NCBI RefSeq assembly: GCF_006345805.1
Contig: NC_043001.1
Span: forward strand, 3,348,001-3,412,000
Length of the DNA: 64,000 nt
Direction: 5' to 3'
Source of the DNA: Octopus sinensis
Lineage: Eukaryota
The position numbers were made by a program, and so were the translations under genes. Positions 1-12,458 of the stretch are shown here, one piece after another (positions within the stretch are counted from its first letter, which is position 1; each line of letters opens with the position of its first letter). Under the pieces are notes generated by a model. That model saw only the letters and a program-made list of their open reading frames with translations, searched no databases and was not told the DNA's origin.

Positions 1-6
1 TATATA

Positions 7-37
<31 letters not shown>

Positions 38-85
38 CTAATATATATATATATATATATACACGTATATATATATATATATATA

Positions 86-116
<31 letters not shown>

Positions 117-221
117 TATATAATATGTATATACATATGATATATGTATATATATAATATATTATATATATATTTATACATACACATCTATATATATATA
201 TATATATACACACACACATGC

Positions 222-255
<34 letters not shown>

Positions 256-358
256 TACATATATTATATAATATATATATATATATCTACATATATATAT
301 ATATATACACATATATATACATATATATTATATACACATATATAGACATATATATATA

Positions 359-410
<52 letters not shown>
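1..410. repeat. (TA)n-dominated microsatellite
   Basis: Alternating TA with CA interruptions; explains the YI-repeat ORF 144..359. Confidence 0.95.
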
Positions 411-413
<3 letters not shown>

Positions 414-538
414 GCACACATACTTGCACATACAGATACATTGTTTGTTTCAGGTAAGCCACCTCAGTGACCCCAGTGAATACGTTCACCTCCTCCCACC
501 CCACCTGACTACTATCTTCTACTCTCATCAAAGAAACC

Positions 539-870
539 TCATCATCATCATCATCAACATCATCGTCGTCGTCGTCATCATTGATAGTATTATTAGTAGC
601 AGCAGCAGCAGCAGTTGTAATTTCAGTAATAGTATCATCATCATTAACATCATCTTCATTGTCACTGTCATCGATATTGTTGTCATCATTGTTGTCGTCA
701 TCATCATCATCACTACCACCACCACCACCACCACAATCACCACCACCACCACAATCACCACCACCACCACCACCAACCACCACCACCACCACCATCATAA
801 TCATCATCACCACCACCAGCGTCACCACCGCCACAATCATCATTTGTATTTTTATTATTGTTGTTGTTTG
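539..870. repeat. compound trinucleotide microsatellite (CAT/CAC/CAG/GTT)
   Basis: Runs of catcat, caccac, agcagc; overlapping low-complexity ORFs in several frames. Confidence 0.9.
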
Positions 871-1272
871 TGATGTTGGATTCATAGATTCCTTAAATCA
901 TCAAAGTACCTTGTTGTATTTATTGAAGCCGTGTATGTTTTAAGTTCAAATCCCAGCAAGTCCAGTGTTTCTCTTTTCCTCTTTCTGATCCCGTTAAAAT
1001 AAAATACCAGTCTAATACCAAGGTTGACTGTAAATTCTAAATGCACCCCTCCCCACTTAAACCTTTTCTCCCTCAGCCTAAGTAAGAACCAACAAAGATG
1101 TGTTGGTTTCACAGAAAAAGTACCTACAGCTGTCACGAGTTCAAATTCTGCCAAAGTCTTGTTGAGACAGCAATAGAAAAAAGTACCTCTGCAATAATCG
1201 TGTGGCCCTGCGACTGTGCGAGAAATTATTATTGGTTGTGGTGGGGTGTATCATTATTGTTATTATTATTAT

Positions 1273-1749
1273 GAAGGCAATGAGCTGACAGAATAGTTAT
1301 CATGCAGGATGTAATGCTTACCGGTATTTTGTCTGCCAAAACACCGGTATTAAGGCGGTCAGCTGGCAGACTCGTTAGCACGCCGGGCGAAATGCTTAGC
1401 GGTATTTCGGCTGCCGTTACATTGTGAGTTCAAATTCCGCCGAGGTCGACTTTGCCTTTCATCCTTTCGGGGTCGATAAATTAAGTACCAGTTACGCACT
1501 GGGGTCGATGTAATCGACTTAATACCTATGTCTGTCCTTGTTTGTCCCCTCTATGTTTAGCCCCTTGTGGGTAATAAAGAAATAGGTATTTTGTCTGCCA
1601 CTACGTTCTGAGTTCAAATTCTGCTGAGGTTGACGTTGCCTTTCATCTTTTTGGAGTCAATTACATAAGTACCAGTTGCACGCTGGGTTCGATGTAATCG
1701 ACTTAATCCCTTCCCTCAAATTTGAGACTTAGTGCTTCCAAGAGAAAGG

Positions 1750-1750
<1 letters not shown>
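1273..1750 (+). mobile_element. SINE family A cluster (tRNA-like head, Nin/Deu-domain-like body), tandem/nested units
   Basis: ggcggtcagctggcagactcgttagcacgccgggcgaaatg head, gagttcaaattcc B-box-like motif, gcctttcatcctttcggggtcgataaattaagtaccag body; second unit restarts at ~1585; ATT tail. Confidence 0.85.
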
Positions 1751-1785
<35 letters not shown>

Positions 1786-1837
1786 TTATTATTATTATTA
1801 TGATAATTATCATTATTATTATTATTATTATTATCAT

Positions 1838-2268
1838 TTAGTGAGAGAGCAGAGTACGCCATCAAAGTGACGCTGGGGTAAAATATATGAAGCCCAGTAT
1901 ACCCATCATGACTACCTGGCTTTTTAGGGTACACCGGGCACATGCATCACAACCATATGTGCATGACACGGGGATCTCATGTCAAGATAAACAGCGCAAG
2001 ACCTTGAAGGTGGGGCCCAGTTAGAATTTTCTTCTGGTCGAGTAACCCATCCCGCTCAAAAGATCCCTAATTAAGGATTGTTCAACATCCTTAAACAAAC
2101 CTTATTCATGCGGTGTTTATCTTGATATAAGATCACCATGTCGTGCACATATGGTCGTGATGCATGTGCCTAGTGTACCCTTATGAGACAGGTAGTCTTG
2201 ATGGGTATACTGGGTTTTGTACATTTTACCCTAGTATCACTGTGATGGCATACACTGGTCCCTCACTC

Positions 2269-2270
<2 letters not shown>
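1838..2270. mobile_element. palindromic MITE-like element with ~160-bp inverted arms
   Basis: 1838-1998 is an imperfect reverse complement of 2109-2270 (e.g. cccagtatacccatca / tgatgggtatactggg); flanked by (TTA)n and (TAA)n. Confidence 0.85.
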
Positions 2271-2315
<45 letters not shown>

Positions 2316-2317
<2 letters not shown>

Positions 2318-2404
2318 GTCTCAAATTCTAGCATAAGGCCAGCCATTTTAATGGGAGGATGGGATTAGTGAATCACATTGAACCTAGGAGTTGACTGGTA
2401 CTTA
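2316..2404 (-). mobile_element. degenerate SINE family A 3' end
   Basis: Reverse complement reads taagtaccagtc...aatttgagacc followed by an ATT tail, like the 3' end at 1665-1750. Confidence 0.6.
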
Positions 2405-2635
2405 TCATCATCATCATCATCATCATCGTCATCATCAGATGCATCACCATCATTGTCATCGTCATAATCATCATCACTATCATCATCATCATCATCGTCA
2501 TCATCATTGTTATCGTCATCATAATCATCATCATTGTCATCATTATCACCTTCACCATCACATTAACCACCATTGTCATCATCATCAACATCACCACCAC
2601 CACCACCACCACCGCCACCACCAGCATCACCACCA
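2403..2635. repeat. (CAT)n/(CAC)n microsatellite
   Basis: Direct inspection. Confidence 0.9.
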
Positions 2636-3129
2636 TTCCCGTGTCTGTTGTTAAGATAGTCGTATCGATTGGAAATCTATTTCATTGGTATGTTTAACAT
2701 GAACCATTTGTTTGCCGTCTGTCCTCAAGTGGGGAATGCACTCACGGCAAAACAATATTCATAGCATTCCCTCATCCCACGCCACACACACACACACACA
2801 CGTACACACACACCCACACACAGACACACACCCACTTTTATACCTTAACAAACCATTTAATTGATTTTTGCCTCCGACTCATTGTTGCTCTCTTTGTGCT
2901 CCACTCCACTTTCTCTGCTTTCCTTGTGTATTTTAAGGATTGGTAACATTTGTAGGTTGAGTTTTAAAGAGCTATTATTTATACAAAGGCCAAGGTATTG
3001 TGTATTAATCTTGTGTCTGTGGATGAGGAGAATAAACGAAGCAGAGCCAATGAATGAACAGGTAAAAGGAAAATCAATTGAGGAAGTAGGCTCTTTAACC
3101 TTACAGATATTGATCTAACCACTCACAAA

Positions 3130-3181
3130 TACATACATATGCGTCTGTGCACATGTATACACACACATATATGTATATAAC

Positions 3182-3219
<38 letters not shown>

Positions 3220-3267
3220 CATATATCTCTCTATATATATATGTATATAGCTGTATAAATATATATA

Positions 3268-3300
<33 letters not shown>

Positions 3301-3625
3301 ATATGTATGTATGTATGTATATATATATGTATGTATGTATGTATGAATGTATATATATGTATGTATGCATGTATGTATGTATGTATGTATGTATATGTAT
3401 ATATATAGATAGATAGGTAGATAGGTAGATACAGATATGGATGTAGATATATGCCACAAAACTGAAAAAGTGTAAAGACCAGAAAAAAAAATCAAGCAAA
3501 CAGAGTGTATTAGGTTTATGCACACACACAACACACACACACACACACACACACACATGCACACACACACACACACACACATGCATGTACACATGCATGC
3601 ATACATACATACGTACGTACGTACA
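3130..3625. repeat. compound (TA)n/(TATG)n/(CA)n/(CATA)n microsatellite
   Basis: Direct inspection. Confidence 0.9.
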
Positions 3626-4870
3626 TCATCGATCCAAACTGCCTTTCAATGTCTTATCATATCTCTCCGGCAACATCTTTTAACCACCGAGTGTGGGAGT
3701 GCATCCCTTGACCAAGTTTCCATACATGAAGCTGGTGACATTATAAGACTTGGAAAGCAGATCCTTGAGCAGCATTCCTTGTCTGATAACATTAAATCCA
3801 TGCCCAAAGGAGTCGCACAACTCTACTGCAACATATCATCAGATGAAAAGATGAGTCTATATGAGCAGAAGACCATGCATGGATATGTTAGTAGAAAGCT
3901 CCGAGATGATAGTAACATCAATCACCAAAGCAATCTATCATGGACCAATAGCCGGATTACTGCCTCTCGCTTTCAAGGGTTTGCATTTGAAATCCAGGAA
4001 CAGGAGATATCAGCCAAATACCTGATGCACAAAAGGGATAGAGATGCAAGAAAAGCAGTAAAATGTGACAACTGATTCAGACTTTGTGGAGTTTACAATG
4101 AAGATATCACCCACATCATAAGCAGTTGTCCGAAAATTCATCACGGTATTATCTACCGATGAGACATAATTTTGTAACTAGGACATTCTATAATAAAATC
4201 CATCAGAAGGATAACCCTGCGGACAAAGAAATACAAAGAAATAAGAACCCACAATATGGCAGAAGCCATAGCCACTCATAATAAAAAGGAATACTGGTGA
4301 AATGTTCCAGTGAACACCTCAATAAAATGTAAACACAAGAGACCTGATATAAGGATTTGGGACAGAAAAGTGCACAGTTGTGGAAATTAGCTGCCCAGCA
4401 GATGTTAGCATAAAGCTGAAGATCAGTGAAAAAGAGAATCCCCTATACTGAATTATTGAGAAATCTGCAGTTACTTTATCCAGATTACAAGTTCAGGTTT
4501 ATACCTGTAATTATTGGAGCCCTGGGATATGTAACACACTGTCTAAATACAAGTCTTAAAAAGTTAGGCTTCTCAAAAACAGAAAGGAGAAAGCTAATTC
4601 GAAGACTACAGATCCAATCCATCACTGGAACTGTAAAAATCTGTAAAACTTTCCAGAAGTTTATCATTTAAATATATATGGGCTTGTCTAGATATGCAAC
4701 AATATATATGAGAGTACATAAAACAAAATACACAAATCTGCACACATACATACAAACAAAAATACCCTGTTGTTGAAGTTGAAATTCCAATGAAGGAGGC
4801 TTGGATCTAAGTTAGAAACCGGTTCTTTCTCTATTGGCAAGAAATCTTGAAATAAAACTGAACAATATCA
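3626..4870 (+). pseudogene. 5'-truncated, decayed R4/Dong-like non-LTR retrotransposon (C-terminal zinc knuckle + restriction-like endonuclease, 3' UTR)
   Basis: KTMHGY, QEQEISAKY, broken C-x2-C...HIISSC knuckle, RHN, RPDI, VVEISCP, FIPVIIGALG; several stops and frameshifts; ORF end at 4671; (CATA)n on both sides. Confidence 0.85.
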
Positions 4871-4909
4871 TACATACATACATATATACATACATACATA
4901 CATACAAAT

Positions 4910-5072
4910 ATGATGGGATTCTTTCAGTTTCTGTCTATGAAATTAACTCAGAAAGCTTTGGTTGATCCAAGATTAAAGTAGAAGACACTTGCCAAAGCTG
5001 CCATGCAGTGTGACTGAACCCAGAAGCCTGTGGTTGGGAAACAAGCTTCTTACCACACAACCATGCCTGCAG
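4910..5072 (-). mobile_element. SINE family B, 5' half
   Basis: ctttcagttt...gaagacacttgcc...actgaaccc...cttcttaccacaca matches the family B head on the minus strand. Confidence 0.8.
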
Positions 5073-6699
5073 TTATGTTGAAATTCTTCAAGCAGACTTT
5101 GTTCTATCAACTTAATAGTCTGCCCATGTGAACATCCTTCTCTGACCCTTGCATACCTTTACCAAAAACCCCTCTACTGGAAGCATACGGTCCATATCTG
5201 GTGGCTGAGGACAACTCCATATCTTGAAATGGTTATTCCTACAAGAACTAAACTTGAGTCGGGGTTAATTTTCCTCTCTGCTCCACCTCTGCCCCATTCA
5301 AATCTCAGAAGCTTTGCTTTCGGCCATGTTTGCTGCCCTCACACTTTTCATTAAGACGTAAAACAAAATGAAAATAGAAAAAAATCACAATAAAATGCTT
5401 CAACTTCAGAAGATTAAGATTTGGAATGAGTATATTGCAAGGGATGGAGTACGATGATGCAGTCTTCTGGCTTATCAGATCCTATCATTCTGACCCCCAG
5501 CAGATGCCAACATGGAAGACAGATCTCTGGGATGATGATTGCTACTAACATGATGGTGATCATGATGATGGTGATGATGATAAATGTAGTGATGTTAGTG
5601 GTAGTGATGATGATGATGATTAGTTAGTGTTTTGGAAAAATTACTGAGGAAAATTCTTTAAAACTATATTCTTTGATATTTTCTCCTCAATTCCGAGACA
5701 CTCAGAGTACCTGCATGATTCTGGTTTTACTGAACAAAGTGCATGGGAAATAAATTCTTCCACCTGGATGAAACGTTGGTTTGTCACAAATAACTTTCCC
5801 AGGTATCTGTCTGCGAGATGAATAGGGACAAAGTAGTATAATTAATGTTCTACTGTTAATGAACAAAATGTAATTAGGGAAGTCAATATAATTAATATTG
5901 TTTTACTCATTAACGTAATATAATTAGTGAAGCTTATACAATTAGTGTTGTTATGCTAATTAACACAATATAATTAGTGTTATTCCTCTTGTTAGAACGA
6001 CATAATTTTAAAGTCTGTGTAACTATTGTCCTGCTCAGCATTAGCGGTCATAGCTTGGGGGAATGTACAGTAATTGTGAGTCACTGTATCCACATTTTTT
6101 TGGTGATTTTCTGCTAGACCTGGCTGATAATTCCTCTGCCCCACTCAACCAAAAACCTTCCAACCCATGGCTGTTTTGGTATTTGTTGCTGGTGAGGGTT
6201 TAATGAGTGCAAATCTTCCTTCAACCACTTTTATGACAGAGGTCTATTCTTTGACATGCCAGTCCTACCACAGTCCATTAATAGAACATAATTTATGAGA
6301 ATTGTATATTTAGTTTTCCTCTGCCCAGGACCAAAACAAAATAAATTAGAGCCATTTTGATCTCTGGCCTAATGGAACTAAAAGTACAAGACTTTGTCCA
6401 CTCATTGCAGTCCACTTAACTTCCTAATTCTAGAACTATAACATTTGAAGGTCAACAATGCCAGCCAACTTCCAAAAAAATTTTTGTCTTTTGTTTTGTT
6501 TTGGGAAAAATTTTTATATATTAACACCATTTAAAACTTGTTAATCTTGGTAATCTGCTCACCTTGTTTGTCAGTCATCAAATGACTTTGGCAAAATATT
6601 CTTTTAGTCTTTTAGTCTTTTATTTGTTTCAGTCATTAAACTTAGTAGAGACTATAATATATATACTGAAGATGAGCACAGAAGCACCTCAGTTCAACG

Positions 6700-7430
6700 A
6701 AGGCTAAGTAAACCAAAAACCTTCAAAGTCACTGGCAACACTATTCTTGAATTTTGTTTCTATACACTGAAGCAACAAATTAGTTGCCTCAATATTGGCT
6801 TGTGAGGTAAAGAAACCTGAATATAAGCAAGTGAAATATATTGACCAGTCGTTAAATATCTTAAACACAGCCAGACAAAGCAAAACAACAACAGGAAGAG
6901 AACAACTAAACGTGTGGCCAACAGCCAGCATCTCTTAGCTGAAGTATCTGTGGCCTACATTTCCTATTGAACAGGAGACACAGCTTTCAATGGTGTTAAT
7001 CGGTATTGATTGGTATTGTGATGTGGCTTCGGAGATTGTTAAGTGTCACAGATGAGTGTATTGAGTTTTATGAGCACTTCAAGTTGAGTGGATATTGATC
7101 TGTGATACCAAATAAAGTGTGAAACATTCAAGATACGCAGATTCATTCTTTCACTGGTCTGGACTAAAAAAATTGATTTCTATATAAATGGATTTGGTTA
7201 CTTGTTTCTCTGGGATTGGTCTTGAGTGATGTAGACAGTTCAGATGAGACCCTAATAAGGGTTGAAAATTGATTAAGGCTGTTTATCTTTTTTGAATTTA
7301 CGGAGAAATATTTAAATGTATCAGGCTTTCTGTGTTGTTTATCATCTATATTTATATACTTTGAGAGTATACCCCATCACCATTTCTGTTTTAATATTTA
7401 CTTTTCAATGCTTCTGTGGCTTGGATCGCT
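6700..7430 (+). mobile_element. decayed Penelope-like element remnant (possible GIY-YIG fragment + pLTR with HHR motif)
   Basis: PEYKQVKYIDQS resembles a decayed YIGQT motif; HHR-like motif at 7232-7285; 7185-7290 is homologous to 17303-17405. Confidence 0.45.
7232..7285 (+). ncRNA. hammerhead-like motif (one core substitution)
   Basis: tagacagtt-CAGATGA-gaccct-aata-agggtt-GAAA-attgat-ta-a-ggctgttta: 9-bp stem I (with GU pairs), 6-bp stem II. Confidence 0.6.
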
Positions 7431-7589
7431 GTTTAGGGGCAGGTTTTCTGTAGCTAGATGCTCCTCCTATCACAAACACACACCTCCTTTGAAGAAAGGT
7501 AATATTTCCCTATGGCTAGACATGTTTTCGCAGGATATTGGAAATGAATGATATTCATTTACAACAGTCACGCATGCCAAGAGGAGACA

Positions 7590-7651
7590 CAAACACACAG
7601 ACACACACATGCATGCACACACATATACATGTGTGTATATATATATATGTA

Positions 7652-7682
<31 letters not shown>

Positions 7683-7697
7683 GTATATATATATATG

Positions 7698-7762
<65 letters not shown>

Positions 7763-7925
7763 CATACATCTATATATATACATACATATATATATATATA
7801 CATATATATATATGTATGTATATGTATATATATATATGTATATATATATATATGTATATATATAGATGTATGTATATATATATAATGTATGTATATGTAT
7901 ATATATATATATATATAGTATATAT
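7590..7925. repeat. (CA)n/(TA)n microsatellite
   Basis: Direct inspection. Confidence 0.9.
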
Positions 7926-7968
7926 TTGTTTTGCAAAATCTTTGATGTGAAATCGTGAGTTGAAACAG

Positions 7969-8267
7969 ATATTGTTCTATTTAGGAATGGTCATTTTGCC
8001 AGTTTAGCCAATAAAAGGACACGCACTATATATTTGGTGTTACTTTGCTTTGGCTGACAGTTAGTAAGGAGAGACACTCAAATAAGAAAAAAGAAAGCAA
8101 AGGACCACTGATGCGGTCACAGGAGTGTGATGGAAGAACTCTGTCCGAAATAAGATTAAGATTAATGTAAAAAATAAATAACGCTGAAGCAAAGTAACAC
8201 CAAATATATAGTGCGTGTGTTTTAATTGGCTAAACTGGCAAAATGACCATTCCTAAATACAACAATA

Positions 8268-8268
<1 letters not shown>
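7969..8268. mobile_element. MITE-like element with ~85-bp terminal inverted repeats next to TA tracts
   Basis: atattgtt...tttaggaatggtcattttgccagtttagccaat (7969-8055) vs attggctaaactggcaaaatgaccattcctaaa...aacaatat (8182-8268). Confidence 0.85.
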
Positions 8269-8299
<31 letters not shown>

Positions 8300-8750
8300 G
8301 ATATTTGAGCAGTTGAATGAATTATCTTATTATGGATAATTTGAATTAACCGATACCTGGGTAGCAAATTCACATCAGAAAAAACACGGTTGAAGTTACG
8401 TGCCTAGGGCATAGATTACGTGCTTTCGTGTGGAAATTTGTATGTTTATTTTAAAAATATAAATATATGAAAGAATGGAGCTGAACGACGAATTAACAAA
8501 ATTCCCTTATTTTCGACATATGTTTCAAAGGCTGCATATTCCTAATTGCGAAGGAATAAGGAGTACATTATGCCGCTTTCTCATCAGGAAAAGCAAGGAA
8601 CTTATGTCAACATAAAAATGCACAAAAACTTTTAAATGATTGCTCACACGGAGCCCATAGCGATAATGAGTGTCTCTTTAAAATATTCCTTTATAAGGAG
8701 TGACGTCAAAGTGGTTGAAAGTAGAAGAATCTAGAAGGTTCTAAAGGTTT
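8300..8750 (-). mobile_element. Penelope-like pseudo-LTR ending in (TA)n
   Basis: Homologous to 11640-11940 (ttaaccgatacc.ggtagcaaa.tcaca.cagaa; tggag.tgaacga); carries a canonical minimal HHR. Confidence 0.7.
8509..8592 (-). ncRNA. minimal type I hammerhead ribozyme
   Basis: Minus strand: ttttc-CTGATGA-gaaagcggcata...tatgcagccttt-GAAA-CATATG-TC-gaaaa; intact core, palindromic stem III, GUC site, 5-bp stem I. Confidence 0.8.
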
Positions 8751-9699
8751 AAGGGTTCAAACGAAGTTGGGGGAGAGAGGCATAAGAATAGGAAGGTGAA
8801 AGGGTGCAGGTCATATGAATGGTGAATTTTGTTAATTTCTTTAGTGAGTGAGTGCCTGTGTGTGTGACTGTATATAACTGCATTAATGTGTGTGTATGTG
8901 TATGTGTGTGCATGATTGTGTATGTGGATGGGTAGATGTCAGAAAACTGACAGTGGTGAGGTGACAGGTTTGTGTCTATATACATATACATATTTATATA
9001 TATGTATACCCATATATATATATAATTCAGAGCTTGCGTATTGAATGACAAGAATCCAGATAATCATGTAGCTATTCCTTTTTAGTGAACGTGAATATCC
9101 GATTGCTGTTGTTGCTTGCTATTAGAGAACCTCTCTTCCATTGAATCAACATGTTTTCCTAACAGATGTAATTCACCTGTGTAAGGGGACTTTGCTACAC
9201 CCTTGTGTTTTGACCTTGTTGCCAGAATGTCCTGAGAATAAAAAGATATGTTATTCTTAGGACTCTTTCTGCTATTTGCACTCCCCATGAATTGCTCTTA
9301 GTTTGGCCAAAATCTGTACCCATTGGAGAATAGTTGGCAGGTTCCTGTAAGTAAGATCTCAATTTCTTTTAAGGTTAATTGGTCCGAGGTTGCTTCAACT
9401 AGAGAGATGCACAATGAGATCGAAACAGTGTTGTGTATTGAAATCTATGCTGGTGAGTCACGGGTGTTGTGAACACGTTTAGGTTTAAGAGAGCAGATGT
9501 TCTCTACACATAGATAACAACAACGATCAGAGATTCAGGCTCAAATTTGCCAAGAGATATCAAAAATGAATAGACATCCTCCGTGTACATCCACCACACA
9601 TGCACACACACGGTTCTATGTATGCATGTATATATGTACATATGTATGTGTATGTATGTTTACATACATATATATATATATACATATATATATATACAC

Positions 9700-9800
9700 A
9701 GATTGGGGGTCTGGTGCATCCTCCTGGCTTCCCAGACCCCAATCGAACCGTCCAACCCTTGCCAGCATGGAAAACGGATGTTAAACGATGATGATGATGA
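9700..9800 (+). mobile_element. SINE family C 3' end with (GAT)n tail
   Basis: ctggcttcccagacccc...gcatggaaaacggatgttaaacgatgatgatg. Confidence 0.8.
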
Positions 9801-9860
9801 TATATGTGTATGTATGTATGTGTATATATGTATGTAAGTATGTGCGTGTGCATATGTATG

Positions 9861-9894
<34 letters not shown>

Positions 9895-11466
9895 ATATAT
9901 ATATGTGTATGTATGTATGTACCTAAATATGCATGTATGTATATTCATATATATATTTATATACATAATACATACATACACACACATGCATATACATTTA
10001 ATCATAAATTCATGGATGCACTTGCTGTATTTTCTAGACCATGTTGTTTATTGAAGCATGAGTGTGCGTGTTTGTATGTTTGTGTGTGTGTGTGTATGCG
10101 TGTGTGTACGTGCGTATGTTGTAATCTTCGAAAGGATTTTGAAAAAAATGTTGCACAAATAGGGAGAAACAAGAAATCCAGTGATGAATTGATAAATCCC
10201 AGAGGTGGAAAAGGTGGTGGTGTCTTACTTCCATGGTGAAAAAGTCAGCATCAAAATGCAGGGATGAAAAGCAGCAGCAAAAGAGAAGTGGACCGCATGC
10301 TGTTTCACTGTGGTATCTCCCTGTGCTGATGGTAGAAGAGAGACAAGTAATGGTGGAGGTGTGTGAAGAACAACAGACGAGGATATATTAAGGTGAGTGT
10401 GTGTTAGTGTGTATGTGTGTTTGCAGGTCTACACCTGTGTGTGTTTTGTATAGTTGCGTGAGCGTTTATGAGTGTGAGAATGTTGAAGGTTAACTGCTGC
10501 ATTGGACAGAGCACAGAACAAGGCAGACCAGTTGTTAAGTAAGGTGGGAGTGATGTATAGAAGGGAGATGTGTGGGTGTGTGACAGTGGGCAGGTGTGTG
10601 GGTCAGTGCGTGATTATATGTTTGTGTGTGAGGTAGACTGTTAATATAAGTTCAGAAGTATAAGTATGTGTGTGTTTCTGTGGGGGTATATGTGCAGGGA
10701 GTAGAGGTATGTGGGTATTTGCCTCTTGGTGAGGTGGTATAAGATGGTATACGTGTATCTGAAGGGGGAGTGTTAATTGGGTAAAAGGGTGGAGAAAAGG
10801 GTGGATGTGTATGAAAGAAGAGATGTGAATTGGCAGGGATGGAGTGTTGGTGGAAAAGCGTGGCTGTAGGTATATAGAGGGTATGTGCTGGGTGGGGGAA
10901 GAGAAGAGGAGGCAGGGAAGGTGCGTGTTTGAGGGGGTGTTGATGTGGGGAAGATTAGGTGAGGGCTTGAGTGGACAAAGAAGGTTAGAAGGACAGAGAA
11001 GGAGAATTGAGGTCATAAAGAATTTAAGGTTTGGAGATAAATGAGTTACTTTTTTCCTCTCGAGAGAATTGATGGAGAGCCAGAAATGGCAGCAACACTG
11101 GAGACAAAGAAGTGCTGACCAGGGGCTTTAGTAGAAGGCACCTGCAGAAGGTGTCACTCAGTGACATTGAAACCAAGATCATATGGTTTGGATGCAAGCA
11201 TCTCAAGCACACAACCACACCTGTGTCTATAGCCACACCTGCACCTGTAAGCCAACCTTCTGCCAATAGCCACACCCAAGCCTAAATATATACATGTTAA
11301 GTATGTATGTATGAATATATATAAGTCACAAAAATGGCGAATGGGATTTGGGATGTGCTGGCTCACCTGTCCATGGTTCTCAGGTGTTTAAGCATCCAGC
11401 ACTTTGGAAGAATATTCACCACCATTCCAAATCGCAGCCGACCAGCAGAACAGGCAAAGCACAAAC

Positions 11467-11503
<37 letters not shown>

Positions 11504-11594
11504 GTGTGCATGGGTGATAATGGTTATTACAGTAGGACTGTATCTAATTCATATTTGAACATGTGTGTGTGTGTATGTATGTATAGACATATAT

Positions 11595-11636
<42 letters not shown>

Positions 11637-11850
11637 TTGTGAAATAGAAAGATGAATAATCTTGTTGCAGATTAATCAAAAGTTTAACCGATACCTTGGT
11701 AGCAAAAATCACAGCAGAAGACAGCACGGTTGGAGGTACAACCATATGGTGTTGCAACCATGCGTTGGTGCGGATAATTGAATTTTAATATTATTAGTGA
11801 ATTGAAGAAATGGAGTTGAACGAAGATTGAACAGAAATCGTTTTATTGCA

Positions 11851-11930
11851 TTCTACACGTGTTTCGAAAGCCACAATTTACCAAATTCCGATTGAATAAG
11901 GAGACCATATTGTGTCTTTCTCTTCAGGAA
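11851..11930 (-). ncRNA. minimal hammerhead ribozyme (left arm)
   Basis: Reverse complement of the 12320-12399 motif. Confidence 0.75.
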
Positions 11931-12319
11931 GAAAAAGGAAATCCGTTGGAAAAAACAAAAACAGAACAGAGGCGGAGCAAAACAAATCGAACGAGGCTCC
12001 TAAGAGCCCATGGCCAAACTGTTTATCAATGTATGTTGAAATCGGGTGGTGGGTGCATTGAAGATTTTAACAGGTCAGGCAGCGGTCATTCCGGTGGGTG
12101 AGAGCACGGGGTGCTTAGATGTTCTTTGTGACCGAGACTAAAGTTCTGACTATTTAAAGAATGACCGCTGCCTGACCTGTTAAAATCTTCAACGCACCCA
12201 CCACCTGATTTCAACATACATTGATAAACAGTTTGGCCATGGGCTCTTAGGAGCCTCGTTCGATTTGTTTTGCTCCGCCTCTGTTCTGTTTTTGTTTTTT
12301 CCAACGGATTTCCTATTTC

Positions 12320-12399
12320 TTCCTGAAGAGAAAGACACAATATGGTCTCCTTATTCAATCGGAATTTGGTAAATTGTGGCTTTCGAAACACGTGTAGAA
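12320..12399 (+). ncRNA. minimal hammerhead ribozyme (right arm)
   Basis: ttc-CTGAAGA-gaaagacacaat...attgtggctttc-GAAA-CACGTG-TA-gaa; intact core, 11/12-bp stem II, palindromic stem III, GUA site. Confidence 0.78.
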
Positions 12400-12458
12400 T
12401 GCAATAAAACGATTTCTGTTCAATCTTCGTTCAACTTCATTTCTTCAATTCACTAATA

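Noticed and set aside
9060-9560. Possible GIY-YIG remnant (IYAGESR)
   Set aside because: A single weak motif among stops, in the opposite orientation to the neighbouring pLTR; not supportable by eye.
11859-12391. Two nearly identical ORFs on opposite strands (MFRKPQFTKF...)
   Set aside because: By-product of the inverted repeat; non-ATG starts and no recognisable domain.
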